In this document: positions 44,862 to 55,020 of the stretch, piece after piece
How the letters are laid out: the number at the start of each line of letters is the position of its first letter
Position numbering within the stretch: position 1 is the first letter of the stretch
Assembly: GCA_963781585.1 (NCBI GenBank)
Contig: CAWAGQ010000010.1
Span: forward strand, 192,001-256,000
From: an uncultured Gemmatimonadaceae bacterium
Lineage (GTDB): Bacteria > Gemmatimonadota > Gemmatimonadetes > Gemmatimonadales > Gemmatimonadaceae
Direction of reading: 5' to 3'
Length of the DNA: 64,000 nucleotides
The notes under the pieces: generated by a model
Database searches by the model: none
What the model saw: only the letters and a program-made list of their open reading frames with translations
What the model was told of the DNA's origin: nothing
Made by a program: the position numbers and the translations under genes

Positions 44862-47800
44862 TCAGGGTCTTATAGCAAGGGTCACGCCAGCCTGCTTCAG
44901 CACCGCGTTGAACGCCGGCGTTTCGTGCTCGACGACCTGCTTGAACTCCGCCTGAATCTCGGCGAGCTGCTGCTTGAACTCGGCGTTCACGCCTACCTGC
45001 TGAGCCGTAGGGCCGAGGTCCCCGCCGCCGCTGCCGCTCCCGGGCGTGCCGACCATCGGCCCGATCATCCAGCTGAGCCGCTCGTACAGCTGAACCGGAT
45101 TACGGAACGCGTCTTCGCTCGGCCCGGTGTTGTGGACGTCGATCAGCCTCCCCTCGATGCCGCTGAGTCGGATGTCGAAGTCCCTGGAGGCCTTGATCGC
45201 CGTCGCGTTCTTTTGTGAGTCCGCGGCGAGCGACGCTTCCAGGTCCTCGACCTGCCGGCGGATCAGCTCCAGATGGTTGATCATGTCCGCGGCCTCATTG
45301 GCTTCGGCCTGCGCGTCGCGCGCAAACGCTACCTGGGCGCGGATGCTCTGTTCGGTTCCGGGCGAATGGGGATCGGCCAGCACCGTCAGCGGCGCCGTCT
45401 CTTCGTGCGTTCCGGCTTTGACCCGCACCGTGTAGCTCCCCGGCGGCACGATCGGTCCCGCAGGGGGAATGCGCGTGCCGTACGCAGCGTAGTTACGATG
45501 CGGCTCCGCCCACGGTGCATCGAGCGGCGGAGTCTGCATCTGGATCGACAGACCCGGCTCATATCGCAAATCCCACCAGATCCGATTCAGTCCGGCTTGT
45601 CCGTTCACTCTCACGGTGCGGATGGTACCGTCGGCGCCACTGAACGTGAGCTCTACGTCGCTCGCGGGGGCCTTGAGCCAGAAGTTGATGTCCGCACCGT
45701 ACGGCGGATTCTCTCCGCTCACGTGCCCGCCGACATCGGACTCGCGGGCATTGGCCGTCTGCCGGAAGCGGTACGCAGGCCGCGGCTTGAAGAGATGAAA
45801 ATCCTGCGCCTGCGCCGCGTCCCATTCGCGGAGCGGCGTGACGTCGTCCATGATGTACACACCGCGCCCGTGCGTGCCGATCACGAGATCGTTGAACGTC
45901 GGCTGCACCTGCATCCAATAGATGGGCGCCGGCGGGAGGTCGTTGCGCAGGCGTGTCCAATTGGCGCCGTCGTCCAGCGTGAAGTACAGCGCGTTGTCGG
46001 TGCCGAGGTACAGCATGCCCTTGCGCACCGGATCCTCGACGATGATGTGCGCGCTCGAGTTCACGCTCTTCGGTACGCCTGCCGAGATGAACTTCCAGCT
46101 CGTCCCGAAATCGGTCGTCTTGTACACGAGCGCGTCGTAGTCCGCCTGATGCTGCAGATTGACGGCAACGTAGGCGGTGGCGGCATCGAAGCGCGACGGC
46201 GCGACGCTCCACACGGTGCCCCACGGCGGGAGGTCGGGAATGTTCTTCGTGACGTTGGTCCAGTGCACGCCACCGTCCCGCGTGACGCTCACCTGTCCGT
46301 CGTCGCTCCCCGTCCAGATGACCCCGGCCTTCGCCGGTGACTCGGCGATCGCGTACAGCGTGGCGCCGTCGTAGGTGGTGAGATTGTCGGACGTGATGCC
46401 GCCGGAATTCTGCTGATGCTCCTTGTTGTTCGCCGTGAGGTCGGGACTTATCACGGTCCATGATTGGCCGCCGTTGACGGTCATGAAGACGACCTGCGCC
46501 CCGACGTATACGCGATTGTGATCCTGCGGGGAAATGGCGATGGGCGTGATCCAGTCCCAGCGATATTTCATGTTCGCCGGCGCCCAGCCGTAACTCGTTA
46601 TGGGCCACGCGGACACGTCGCGCGCCATCTGCGTCCGGTAGTCCATGCGATACACGCGACCGTTGTCACATCCCGACCAGACAATGTTGGCGTCGACCGG
46701 ATCGGGCACTCCGAACGCGTCCTCGCATCCACCCATGCCCTCCCAATAACTCAGCGACATGCCGCCGCGCCCGCCGGCGAGATTGCGGCTCGGTCCATGG
46801 AACGACGACTTGTCCTGGATGTTGCCCATGACGTTGTAAGGAATCTCGTTGTCCGCGAAGACGTGATAGACCTGGGAAATGGGCAGCATGAACCGCTGAT
46901 AGGACGCGCCGCGGTTGTTGCTGATGCTCACGCCCGCGTCGTTCGCCACGAGCACGCGATTCGCGTTGGTCGGATCGATCCACACGTCGTGATTGTCGCC
47001 GCCTGCTGACTGGAGGCCGGCTCCAGGTGACGGCGCGCCCCCCCGGCCCCCGGCGCGCCCGCCAGCCGCGCCTCCCCGGCCGCGGCCGCCACCGCGTCCG
47101 GGTTGAAAGACCGTGGTGCCGCCGTCGCTCGACATGCTGAACGACACCGACGGGAAGTAGAGCAGGTCCGGATCGTCGGGCGAGATGGTGAACCGCGTGT
47201 AGTACGGTGAGCGCTCGGCCGTCACGTGCGACTGATTGACCAGCTGCCAGTTCGCGCCGCGGTCATCGGAACGATAGAGGCCGGGTCGCTCGTCCTGCAC
47301 GAGCGCGTACACTCTGTTCGGATTGCTCGGTGCGATGCCCACGGCGGTCTTGCCGAGCGGGTAGTCCGCGGCCGGCAAGCCATGTCCTGAGATCTTGCTC
47401 CAGGTGGCGCCAGCGTCGCGGCTCACATATACGCCACTGCCCGGACCGCCGCTATTCAGATTCCAGCGATGCACCTCCACCTGCCACATGCCGGCGAAGA
47501 GCGTTCTGGAATCGCTCGGGTCCAGCGCCAGGTCGGAGCAGCCTGTGTCGTCGTTGACGTAGAGCGCCTGCTGCCAGGTGGCGCCACCGTCGCTGGTGCG
47601 AAAGACGCCGCGCTCGCGCTGGGAGCGAAACGTTTCACCGATGGCACAGACGTACACGATATCGGCGTTGCGCGGGTCGACGACGATGCGCGAGATCTTT
47701 CCCGTCTTGTCGAGACCCATGTGCCGCCAGGTGCGGCCGGCATCGGTCGACTTGTAGACGCCGTCACCCATGGTGTAGTACGGACGGATCATCCAGGGCT

Positions 47801-48164
47801 CTCCCGTTCCCGCCCAGATCACGTCGTGCGCCGAAGGCGCGATCGCGAGCGCTCCCACCGCGGAAACGTCTTCGCCGTCGAAGATTGGAGCCCAGTTCGT
47901 TCCGCCGTCGGCCGTCTTCCAGATGCCTCCGTTCGCGGCGCCGATGTAGACGACGGCGGGATTGCCGGGTTCGCCGACGATCGAAGCGACGCGGTTGCCC
48001 TCGGGGCCGAGCGCGCGAAAGTGCAGCGCCGCGAGCGGGCCAGCGGCCCCAGCGTTGCCGCGTCCGCCCCCACCACGCTGCGCCGAGACAGCGAACGGCG
48101 CGAGAGAAAGGAGCGAGGCGGCCGTGGCAAGCGCGGCGACGTTGGCGGCGCGGGCGGGGTTCAT
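44862..48164 (-). CDS. Secreted BNR/Asp-box (VPS10/sortilin-like) repeat protein, glycosyl hydrolase-like
   Basis: Signal peptide; many S/T-x-D-x-G-x-T-W Asp-boxes; ISPDLT, GTHGRG; helical C-terminus. Confidence 0.88.
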   Translation of the reverse strand: MNPARAANVAALATAASLLSLAPFAVSAQRGGGGRGNAGAAGPLAALHFRALGPEGNRVASIVGEPGNPAVVYIGAANGGIWKTADGGTNWAPIFDGEDVSAVGALAIAPSAHDVIWAGTGEPWMIRPYYTMGDGVYKSTDAGRTWRHMGLDKTGKISRIVVDPRNADIVYVCAIGETFRSQRERGVFRTSDGGATWQQALYVNDDTGCSDLALDPSDSRTLFAGMWQVEVHRWNLNSGGPGSGVYVSRDAGATWSKISGHGLPAADYPLGKTAVGIAPSNPNRVYALVQDERPGLYRSDDRGANWQLVNQSHVTAERSPYYTRFTISPDDPDLLYFPSVSFSMSSDGGTTVFQPGRGGGRGRGGAAGGRAGGRGGAPSPGAGLQSAGGDNHDVWIDPTNANRVLVANDAGVSISNNRGASYQRFMLPISQVYHVFADNEIPYNVMGNIQDKSSFHGPSRNLAGGRGGMSLSYWEGMGGCEDAFGVPDPVDANIVWSGCDNGRVYRMDYRTQMARDVSAWPITSYGWAPANMKYRWDWITPIAISPQDHNRVYVGAQVVFMTVNGGQSWTVISPDLTANNKEHQQNSGGITSDNLTTYDGATLYAIAESPAKAGVIWTGSDDGQVSVTRDGGVHWTNVTKNIPDLPPWGTVWSVAPSRFDAATAYVAVNLQHQADYDALVYKTTDFGTSWKFISAGVPKSVNSSAHIIVEDPVRKGMLYLGTDNALYFTLDDGANWTRLRNDLPPAPIYWMQVQPTFNDLVIGTHGRGVYIMDDVTPLREWDAAQAQDFHLFKPRPAYRFRQTANARESDVGGHVSGENPPYGADINFWLKAPASDVELTFSGADGTIRTVRVNGQAGLNRIWWDLRYEPGLSIQMQTPPLDAPWAEPHRNYAAYGTRIPPAGPIVPPGSYTVRVKAGTHEETAPLTVLADPHSPGTEQSIRAQVAFARDAQAEANEAADMINHLELIRRQVEDLEASLAADSQKNATAIKASRDFDIRLSGIEGRLIDVHNTGPSEDAFRNPVQLYERLSWMIGPMVGTPGSGSGGGDLGPTAQQVGVNAEFKQQLAEIQAEFKQVVEHETPAFNAVLKQAGVTLAIRP

Positions 48165-48315
48165 CAGGTACTCCTCCGACAGAGCGATGCACCATCGCGG
48201 TTCTGGAACTTCATCGGCGAATCGGTCATGACGATTCCGGCGCGCGCGGTGCGCGCGTCCGGTTGTCGCAGATCATGTCGCCCGTCGCGCCGCCATGCAA
48301 GCGCGCGCGAAGCCG

Positions 48316-49077
48316 CTATCGTTTTGCGCTCGCTCGCCCCGCGGCCGGTGCGAGCCGCTTCGCCAGCCGCCCTTCGACCGCGCACCCCTGCGCCGGGTCG
48401 CCTTCGCGCACGAGCTCCGCACGAAAGGGGTAGCGTGCGCCGGACATGCTGTCGGTGCAGCGCACCTCGGTGAGGTGCAGGACCAGGAACTCCTCCCGCC
48501 CGTTCTCGGTCCGCGAGCCCTCGTAGGCCCAGTCGCCAGACGAGAGGTGCCTCCAGGCGCCGTGCGTGAAGAGATATCCGCCCAGTGCCAGCGGCACCCG
48601 CATGCGGGCCGAATCCCCGAGCACCTCCAGCGTCCAGAAGGGCTCGTTGCCATGTGCTTCGAGGACGAACGGTCGCGGCAGGCCAGCACACCCCGGACCC
48701 TCCGGCGCCGCATAACGAATATCAACGAGGCGCCCGCCGTCCAACCGCACCATCGCCTGGACGCCGGTCGAGCCGTCGTGCAATTCGGTCACCACGGCGG
48801 CGCCGTCACCGTCAGGCGTGTCCACGAGTGGAACGCGCTGGTCGGGCGCGTCACACGGGATGAACGTCAGTGCTCCGTCCGCCAGTAGCAGGTGGCCTGC
48901 CGCCGAGGACGGCACCTCGAGCGTGGTGCGGGGCAGTGCGCTGTCGGCGACGGCTTCGGGCTTCCCCGCGGTATCCTGGCCGTCGGCCGCCGCTCGTGGC
49001 TCGCCCGCGGAACATCCGAGCAACGCGACGATGATTGCCAGCGCGCCTGCGCATCTGCCGTGACCGTACGACGTCAC
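48316..49077 (-). CDS. Putative lipoprotein with COG3650-like C-terminal domain
   Basis: Lipobox LLG-C; AHGNEPFW, CTDSMSGARYPF, GCA motifs; start inferred. Confidence 0.65.
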   Translation of the reverse strand: MTSYGHGRCAGALAIIVALLGCSAGEPRAAADGQDTAGKPEAVADSALPRTTLEVPSSAAGHLLLADGALTFIPCDAPDQRVPLVDTPDGDGAAVVTELHDGSTGVQAMVRLDGGRLVDIRYAAPEGPGCAGLPRPFVLEAHGNEPFWTLEVLGDSARMRVPLALGGYLFTHGAWRHLSSGDWAYEGSRTENGREEFLVLHLTEVRCTDSMSGARYPFRAELVREGDPAQGCAVEGRLAKRLAPAAGRASAKR

Positions 49078-49182
49078 CAAACCTCCGGCGTTCAGCTGGT
49101 CGGTATCAGCCGTCCCGCACGAGTTGTAGTGGCATCCGCACCCTCGATTGTCTAACAGGAAACGGACCCCTCGCCAATACCC

Positions 49183-49611
49183 ATGCGCCTCACCCGCTTG
49201 TCCCTGCTGACGGCACTGTTCGTGATGGCCTGCCGCGACAGCAACGCACCAGGTTCCCTGGGCACGGTCTACGTGCTTCAGTCGATAGCCGGCCAACCGC
49301 TCCCCGCGGCGTACGCCGAAAACCTGCAGCTCCCCGATCGCATGTTCGCCGACACCCTCGTGCTGCGCGATGACGGAACCGGGGAGTCGCGCACCGTAAT
49401 CGAGGAGTCCCTCGGTGGTTCGAAGGACCACCAGATCCAGCAACTAACCTACAGCGGCACGAACCACATCGAGATCACGTTCACGTGCCCGCCCGCCGCA
49501 CTCTGCATCGCGGGGCCGCACCTGGCCGGGGACGTCGGTGCCGGCGGGATCGTTTTCTCGGTCTCGAAGGTCACTCGGGCGCCGCTTGTGTTCGAGCGCG
49601 CCGCGCCCTGA
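49183..49611 (+). CDS. Putative lipoprotein
   Basis: MRLTRLSLLTALFVMA-C lipobox; GTVYVLQSIAGQPLP; CPPAALC. Confidence 0.75.
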   Translation: MRLTRLSLLTALFVMACRDSNAPGSLGTVYVLQSIAGQPLPAAYAENLQLPDRMFADTLVLRDDGTGESRTVIEESLGGSKDHQIQQLTYSGTNHIEITFTCPPAALCIAGPHLAGDVGAGGIVFSVSKVTRAPLVFERAAP

Positions 49612-49638
49612 GTTGCGAGAAATGCGGCGGCCTGCCAC

Positions 49639-49842
49639 TCAGTCCTGCAACACGAACGTGACCTTCAGCAGGACCCGGTACTCGGTGATCCGGCCCTTTT
49701 CGATCACCACCTGCTGGCTCTTGATCCACGCGCCGCTGACGTTCCGGAGCGTCTTCTCGGCGCGCGTGATGCCCTGCTGAATCGCGTCCTCGAAGCTCTT
49801 GGCGGAACCGGCCTGGATCTCAGTCATCTTGGCAACTGCCAT
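49639..49842 (-). CDS. Dodecin family flavin-binding protein
   Basis: 67 aa; SFEDAIQQGITRAEKTLRNVSGAWIK...EYRVLLKVTFVL. Confidence 0.92.
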   Translation of the reverse strand: MAVAKMTEIQAGSAKSFEDAIQQGITRAEKTLRNVSGAWIKSQQVVIEKGRITEYRVLLKVTFVLQD

Positions 49843-49974
49843 GTGTCGCTCCGTGATGAGGTGAGTCCCTGCAAGATACCGGGCGACGAGCGCGGGCGAG
49901 AAGGGATGGCAACACGCGCCTTCCTGATCGGCTCGGTGTCTCTCGGGTGCATATGCGGACGAGCGTTGACCGAA

Positions 49975-50448
49975 TTACTGCTTCTCGTACGCCCGCCTCA
50001 GTCCGGCGACATCGATCTTGTCCATCTGCAGCATTGCCTGCATGACCCGGCCGGCCCTGGCCGGGTCCTTGTCGCCCATCAATTCGCCTAACGCGCGCGG
50101 GATGATCTGCCACGACAACCCGAACTTGTCCTCGAGCCATCCGCAGCGTCCAGGTTTGCCGCCCGCCGAGAGCTTCGCCCAGAGGTCGTCGACCTCCTCC
50201 TGCGTCTCACAGCTCACGTACAGCGAGACGGCCGGCGTGAACTTGTAGACCGGACCGCCGTTCAGCGCCATGAACTCCTGGCCCTCGAGCGTGAAGGTGG
50301 CGACCATCACCGAGCCCTTCGGCCCCGGCCCGGCGTCTCCGTAGCGACTCACCCGGCCCACCTGCGAGTTCCTGAAGATGGACGTGTAGAAGTTCATGGC
50401 GTCTTCCGCCTGATTGTCGAACCACAGGAACGTCGTGATCTTCTGCAT
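49975..50448 (-). CDS. VOC family protein (3-demethylubiquinone-9 3-methyltransferase-like)
   Basis: MQKITTFLWFDNQAE, ALNGGP, CGWLEDKFGLSWQIIP, MLQMDKID. Confidence 0.93.
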   Translation of the reverse strand: MQKITTFLWFDNQAEDAMNFYTSIFRNSQVGRVSRYGDAGPGPKGSVMVATFTLEGQEFMALNGGPVYKFTPAVSLYVSCETQEEVDDLWAKLSAGGKPGRCGWLEDKFGLSWQIIPRALGELMGDKDPARAGRVMQAMLQMDKIDVAGLRRAYEKQ

Positions 50449-50462
50449 GGCGGTCTCCTCGA

Positions 50463-50960
50463 TCAGTGTGCAACAGGCTGCGCGGGCACCACGGTCACCA
50501 GGTATTCGGCCAGCCTGTCGTACGACTCGGCGGCGCCATGCTCCATGCCGGACTTGATCACCGCGTCACGCACCTCCTGCGACGGGTAGAGCACGGTGAC
50601 AGTGACCGTCGTCCTGCCGGCCTGCTCGACGAATCGCGTGGTGACCTGTGATTCGCCCGGATAGTCGTCGAAGGACTCCATGTACACGATGCGGTCCGGG
50701 CGCACGAGCTCACGGCAGGCGCCCCGCATGCCCATCTCGCTGCCGTCGGGCCCGCGCAGCACGAAACGCCACGACCCACCGCTCCTGAATTCGCCCTCGC
50801 AGACCGCGAGGGACCAACCTCGCGGCCCGAACCAGCGTTTGAGCAGATCACATCTGGTGAACGCGTCGAAGACCATCGCACGCGGCGCGTCGAAGACGCG
50901 CGTCATCATCACTTCCCGATCCGAAGGGGTCGTTACCGTCAGGGTGCCCGTGTTCTTCAT
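50463..50960 (-). CDS. SRPBCC/AHSA1 family protein
   Basis: PSDREVMMTRVFDAPR, KRWFGP, GGSWRF, SGMEHG..ESYDRL; GGAGG RBS. Confidence 0.92.
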   Translation of the reverse strand: MKNTGTLTVTTPSDREVMMTRVFDAPRAMVFDAFTRCDLLKRWFGPRGWSLAVCEGEFRSGGSWRFVLRGPDGSEMGMRGACRELVRPDRIVYMESFDDYPGESQVTTRFVEQAGRTTVTVTVLYPSQEVRDAVIKSGMEHGAAESYDRLAEYLVTVVPAQPVAH

Positions 50961-50974
50961 CGTCGTCTCCTCCC

Positions 50975-51349
50975 TCACCTGGTTCGTTTGCGTGCGGTGG
51001 TGCGTCTCCTTCCGCCTGCTCGTGGCGGCGCCTTCATCTCGTCAAGCAGTGCGTCGAGCCGCTGGAAGCTGCCCTCCCAGAACCGCCGGTAGTCCACCAG
51101 CCAGGCGGTCGCCGCGGCGAGGGGCTTTGCCTCGAGGCGAACGGGACGGCGCTGGGCATCGCGACCGCGCGAGACCAGTCCGGCGCGCTCCAGCACCTTG
51201 AGGTGCTTGGAGATCGCGGGCTGAGTGATCGCGAACGGCCGGGCGAGCTCGGTGACGGATACGGCGCCCGATGCCAGGCGGGCGAGGATCGCGCGCCGCG
51301 TGGGATCGGCGAGTGCGGCAAAGGTGGTGTCGAGGACGGCCGACGTCAT
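50975..51349 (-). CDS. ArsR family regulator (SRPBCC-associated)
   Basis: FAALADPTRRAILARL, QPAISKHLKVLERAGL, GRDAQRRP, YRRFWE. Confidence 0.93.
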   Translation of the reverse strand: MTSAVLDTTFAALADPTRRAILARLASGAVSVTELARPFAITQPAISKHLKVLERAGLVSRGRDAQRRPVRLEAKPLAAATAWLVDYRRFWEGSFQRLDALLDEMKAPPRAGGRRRTTARKRTR

Positions 51350-51355
51350 GTGTGG

Positions 51356-51387
51356 ATAACCCCTTGGTTCGATAACCGTGCGGTTAT
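51356..51387. promoter_or_regulatory. Tandem AACC-N4-GGTT palindromes (probable ArsR autoregulatory operator)
   Basis: ATAACCG-TG-CGGTTAT at 51372-51387 plus ATAACC-CCTT-GGTT at 51356-51369, immediately 5' of arsR. Confidence 0.75.
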
Positions 51388-51677
51388 ATATAAAGCGCCG
51401 CCCGCCTGCGTCAAGGGCATCTTCGCCCGGACGCCTGGCGGACTGCGCCGCGCGGTGGGCGCGCCGGACCCCCGGCCTGGTGGGGGGCGATCGCGTGGGT
51501 GACGGCGCCGAAGAGTCCGTCTGCGCCGCCACCGGTGCGAGCCGGTGATGCGGAGGGTCGGCGTCACCGCCTGTGGTGCCGGCGATGTCGGTTGCCCGGC
51601 ACAGCCGTTAGGCACTAGTGTGACGGAGCGCCATGCGCGGCCCAACACCGTGTCGGCGTGGCCACATGGAGGACCCG

Positions 51678-52805
51678 ATGCGACGGACTTTTCTGATGAT
51701 GCTGGGGTGGGCTCTGCCGATCGCGGCCGCCGCCCAGAAGATCGTCGTCGTGCCGCTCAAGCCGGCCGACGCGATGCTCGACGAGGAGTTCACGTTGATC
51801 GGCTCGGTGCGCGAACTGCGCGACGGGCGCGTGCTGGTCACCGACCCCCGCGAGAATCGGGTCGTGGTCGTCGACTTGCGAACCAATCAGGTAGCACAGG
51901 TTGGACGGCAGGGCCACGGTCCGGAGGAATACGGTTCGGCGGCGCCGTTGTATCCGCTGGCAGGCGACTCCAGCATCATGTTCGATATGCTGAACCGCCG
52001 CTGGCTGCTGTTCGACGGGGCCAGGATCGCAGGCACGCTGCCCCCCGATGCCCCTGCCATTCAGGCGACCCGTGGATTCGGGACGGGGGCGGACGCTCGC
52101 GGATTCGTCACCAGTCTTGCCAGTCAGCCGCCATTTGCCGGCTCGAGGGACATCGGAAAGAACGACTCGTCCACCATCATCCGAGTCGCCCGGTCGAATG
52201 GCACGGTGGACACGATCGCGCGGCTGCGCAGCGCCCCTGCCCACGCCGAGTCACAGGTCGACGCCAAGGGGAACGTGACCAGCATGGAAATCAGGCGAAG
52301 CGCGTTCTCGAGGGGAGAGGAATCGCTTCTGTTTCGCGACGGCTGGCTCGCGGTGGCCCGATTGGAGCCCTATCGCGTCGACTGGCGCGCCCCCGATGGC
52401 CATTGGACGCTCGGCAAGCCGCTGCCGCTGCCCGCCATCAAGATGACCGGGCGTGAGAAGAGTGCGTTCATGGAACGGATTGCCAAATCGAGCGGGAGGC
52501 CGGTCAGGTCCCCCGACACCGTGAAGGACTGGCCTGACGAGCTTCCTCCGTACGCGATGCGTCCCCTTGTGGCCGCGCCCGATGGTTGGCTTCTCGTTCT
52601 CAAGGAGCGTTCCGCGGAGCATCCCGAGACGATATACGACGTGGTCGATCGGCGCGGCGTGCTCCACGGCCAGATCACGATGCCGGTCACCGAACGCATC
52701 ATCGGTGCGGGAGCACGGTCGGTGTACGTGGCCGTGAAGGACGAGAACGACATCGAGCGGCTACGCCGCCACCCGTGGCCCATGGACCGGCCGATCGCGC
52801 CGTAA
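51678..52805 (+). CDS. Secreted beta-propeller-like hypothetical protein
   Basis: GGAGGA RBS; signal peptide; VRELRDGRVLVTD, GRQGHGPEEY, YDVVDRRG. Confidence 0.75.
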   Translation: MRRTFLMMLGWALPIAAAAQKIVVVPLKPADAMLDEEFTLIGSVRELRDGRVLVTDPRENRVVVVDLRTNQVAQVGRQGHGPEEYGSAAPLYPLAGDSSIMFDMLNRRWLLFDGARIAGTLPPDAPAIQATRGFGTGADARGFVTSLASQPPFAGSRDIGKNDSSTIIRVARSNGTVDTIARLRSAPAHAESQVDAKGNVTSMEIRRSAFSRGEESLLFRDGWLAVARLEPYRVDWRAPDGHWTLGKPLPLPAIKMTGREKSAFMERIAKSSGRPVRSPDTVKDWPDELPPYAMRPLVAAPDGWLLVLKERSAEHPETIYDVVDRRGVLHGQITMPVTERIIGAGARSVYVAVKDENDIERLRRHPWPMDRPIAP

Positions 52806-52841
52806 CATCTGCCCATGGACCGGCCGATCGCGCCGTACATC
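52778..52841 (+). repeat. Tandem duplication of a gene 3' end (33-nt period)
   Basis: gcccatggaccggccgatcgcgccgta(a)catc at 52778 and 52811. Confidence 0.9.
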
Positions 52842-52978
52842 GTCGCAAACGGCGCGCCGGCCCAGCTCACGAGCGCGCTCCGGCGGCCTGTTGGTAACTC
52901 CAGGGCGGCCGCAACCGTCAATGGAAAGCCACGCCCGGCCGCCACGGCCGGAACAGTGGCTCACCGATCCGCTACCCC

Positions 52979-53725
52979 ATGAGCGACATCACCCTCACCT
53001 GTCCTGGTTGCGGCGCCCCGGCCGAACCGGGGGCGCCGTGCGCTTATTGTGGGCGGGCGCTGGTCACCATGATCTGCCCGAAGTGCTCGGCGGCCGCGTT
53101 CGAGGGGATGGAGTACTGCCCAAAGTGCGGTGCACCGATTGCGCACCAGGCCATTGCCACCGACCAGACGGCGAAGTGTCCGCGTTGCCGGGTGGACATG
53201 GATGCCGTGCAGCTGGGTACTGCGGTCGCGAGGGAGTGCCCGGACTGCACCGGCTTGTGGATCGATGCCGAGGCATTCGACCGCATCTGCGGAGACCGCG
53301 AGCAGCACTTGAGTATTCTCGGCACCGCTGGCGCCGCAGCGCCGCCTCACGCGAACGGCCTGCGGCCGCAGGACGTCCGCTACCTGCATTGCCCGGCGTG
53401 CAACACGCTGATGAACCGGGTGAATTTCGCGAAGATCTCCGGCGTGGTGATCGACCTCTGCAAGCACGACGGCGTGTGGCTGGACGCCGGCGAACTGCAG
53501 CGCGTCATCGGTTTCATCGACCGAGGCGGTCTCGAGACGTCACGGGCCAGGGAGCGGGAGCGTCTGGTCGAGGAGCAGCACCGGCTGGAGGCGCTGCGCG
53601 GGATCTCGCCGCCGCGCGAGGCGTCGTGGCAATCGACCATGACCATCGCCCGCGGGGATTCCCGCGACTCGGCGGTGGACGTGGTGCACCTCCTCAGCAG
53701 CGTCATCAACTTCACGAAGCGTTAG
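52979..53725 (+). CDS. Multi-zinc-ribbon protein with two zf-TFIIB-like domains
   Basis: CPGC/CAYC, CPKC/CPKC, CPRC/CPDC-TGLWID, CPAC/DLCKHDGVWLDAGEL. Confidence 0.85.
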   Translation: MSDITLTCPGCGAPAEPGAPCAYCGRALVTMICPKCSAAAFEGMEYCPKCGAPIAHQAIATDQTAKCPRCRVDMDAVQLGTAVARECPDCTGLWIDAEAFDRICGDREQHLSILGTAGAAAPPHANGLRPQDVRYLHCPACNTLMNRVNFAKISGVVIDLCKHDGVWLDAGELQRVIGFIDRGGLETSRARERERLVEEQHRLEALRGISPPREASWQSTMTIARGDSRDSAVDVVHLLSSVINFTKR

Positions 53726-53773
53726 GCGTCGGCCCTCCGCCCACGACAACGACCATCGGCACAGGAGCCCACA

Positions 53774-54862
53774 ATGACAATCCGGGATTTCATTCACGGG
53801 GAGCTGATCGATATCGTGGAGTGGCTGGAGGACTCCCCGGAGGCGATGGCGTGGCGGTTCGTCCGGCCCGACAACGAAATCAAGAATGGCGCGCGGCTGG
53901 TGGTTCGTCCGGCGCAGGTCGCCGTGTTCGTCGATCAGGGCGAGGTGGCTGACGTCTTCCAGCCGGGCACCCACGAGCTGGCCACACGCAACCTCCCCGT
54001 GCTCTCCCGGCTGCGCGGCTGGAAGTACGGATTCGAGAGCCCGTTCAAGGCCGAAGTGGTCTTCGTCAGCACGCGCCAGTTCGCCAACAGGAAGTGGGGC
54101 ACCAGGAATCCGGTCATCACCCGTGATGCTGAGGTGGGGCCCGTGCGGCTCCGGGCATACGGGACGTTCTCGGTCCGGGTCGGGGACGCGGCGCGCTTCA
54201 TCCGGGAGCTGGTGGGGGCCAACGCCGGATTCGTGTTCGACGACATCGGCGACCAGCTGCGGAATCTGGTCGTCTCGCGCTTCGGCGACCTGGTGGGCGA
54301 AGACCGGATACCGGTGCTGCAGCTTTCCTCGCTGTTCGTCGAGGTGGGTGACAAGCTCACCACGCGTGTGCGATCCGACTTCGCCAACTACGGGCTCGAC
54401 GTGACACAGGTGGTCGTGGAGAACATCTCGCTTCCCCCCGAGGTGGAGCAGACGCTGGATCAGAAGACGCGGCTCGGAATCATCGGCGACATGGGCGAGT
54501 ACCAGGCGCTGGTGTCGGCCGATGCGCTGCGCGACGCGGCGCGCAATCCGGGTGGCGGGGCGGCGGGGGGCGTTGCCGTGGGTGTCGGCTTCGGGATGGC
54601 CCAGCAGATGGCGGCGAAGAGCGGTCGGGCGACACCGGCCGCAACGCCGGTGCTCGAACCACCGCCGATTCCGGGTGCGGTCGCGTTCTACTACGCCGTG
54701 GGAAATGAGCGACACGGCCCGACGGACCTGGCGACGCTTGCGGAGCAGGCGCGCCTGGGCAGGATCGGACCGGACACGCTCCTGTGGCGCTCGGGAATGG
54801 CTGGTTGGACGAGGGCCGGGGACGTGGCGGAAGTCGCATCCCTCTGGAAGGCCACCTCCTGA
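53774..54862 (+). CDS. SPFH domain protein (YdjI-like) with C-terminal GYF_2/DUF4339-like domain
   Basis: AGGAG RBS; IDIVEW, EIKNGARLVVR, SPFKAEV, KWGT, ENISLPPEV; C-terminal GP...TLLWRSGMAGW. Confidence 0.9.
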   Translation: MTIRDFIHGELIDIVEWLEDSPEAMAWRFVRPDNEIKNGARLVVRPAQVAVFVDQGEVADVFQPGTHELATRNLPVLSRLRGWKYGFESPFKAEVVFVSTRQFANRKWGTRNPVITRDAEVGPVRLRAYGTFSVRVGDAARFIRELVGANAGFVFDDIGDQLRNLVVSRFGDLVGEDRIPVLQLSSLFVEVGDKLTTRVRSDFANYGLDVTQVVVENISLPPEVEQTLDQKTRLGIIGDMGEYQALVSADALRDAARNPGGGAAGGVAVGVGFGMAQQMAAKSGRATPAATPVLEPPPIPGAVAFYYAVGNERHGPTDLATLAEQARLGRIGPDTLLWRSGMAGWTRAGDVAEVASLWKATS

Positions 54863-55020
54863 TCGCGGCCAGTTGTCGGCAGGAATTCAGCCGCCGGACT
54901 TTTCAGCAGGACGCAGACGAAGAGGCGTCTGCCGCAGTCGCTGGCCTGTTGCGGCGAACACGGCATTGGCGACCGCGGCGAACGCACGCCGCGCTGCAGG
55001 CCCCGCTCGCGGCGCCCCGG

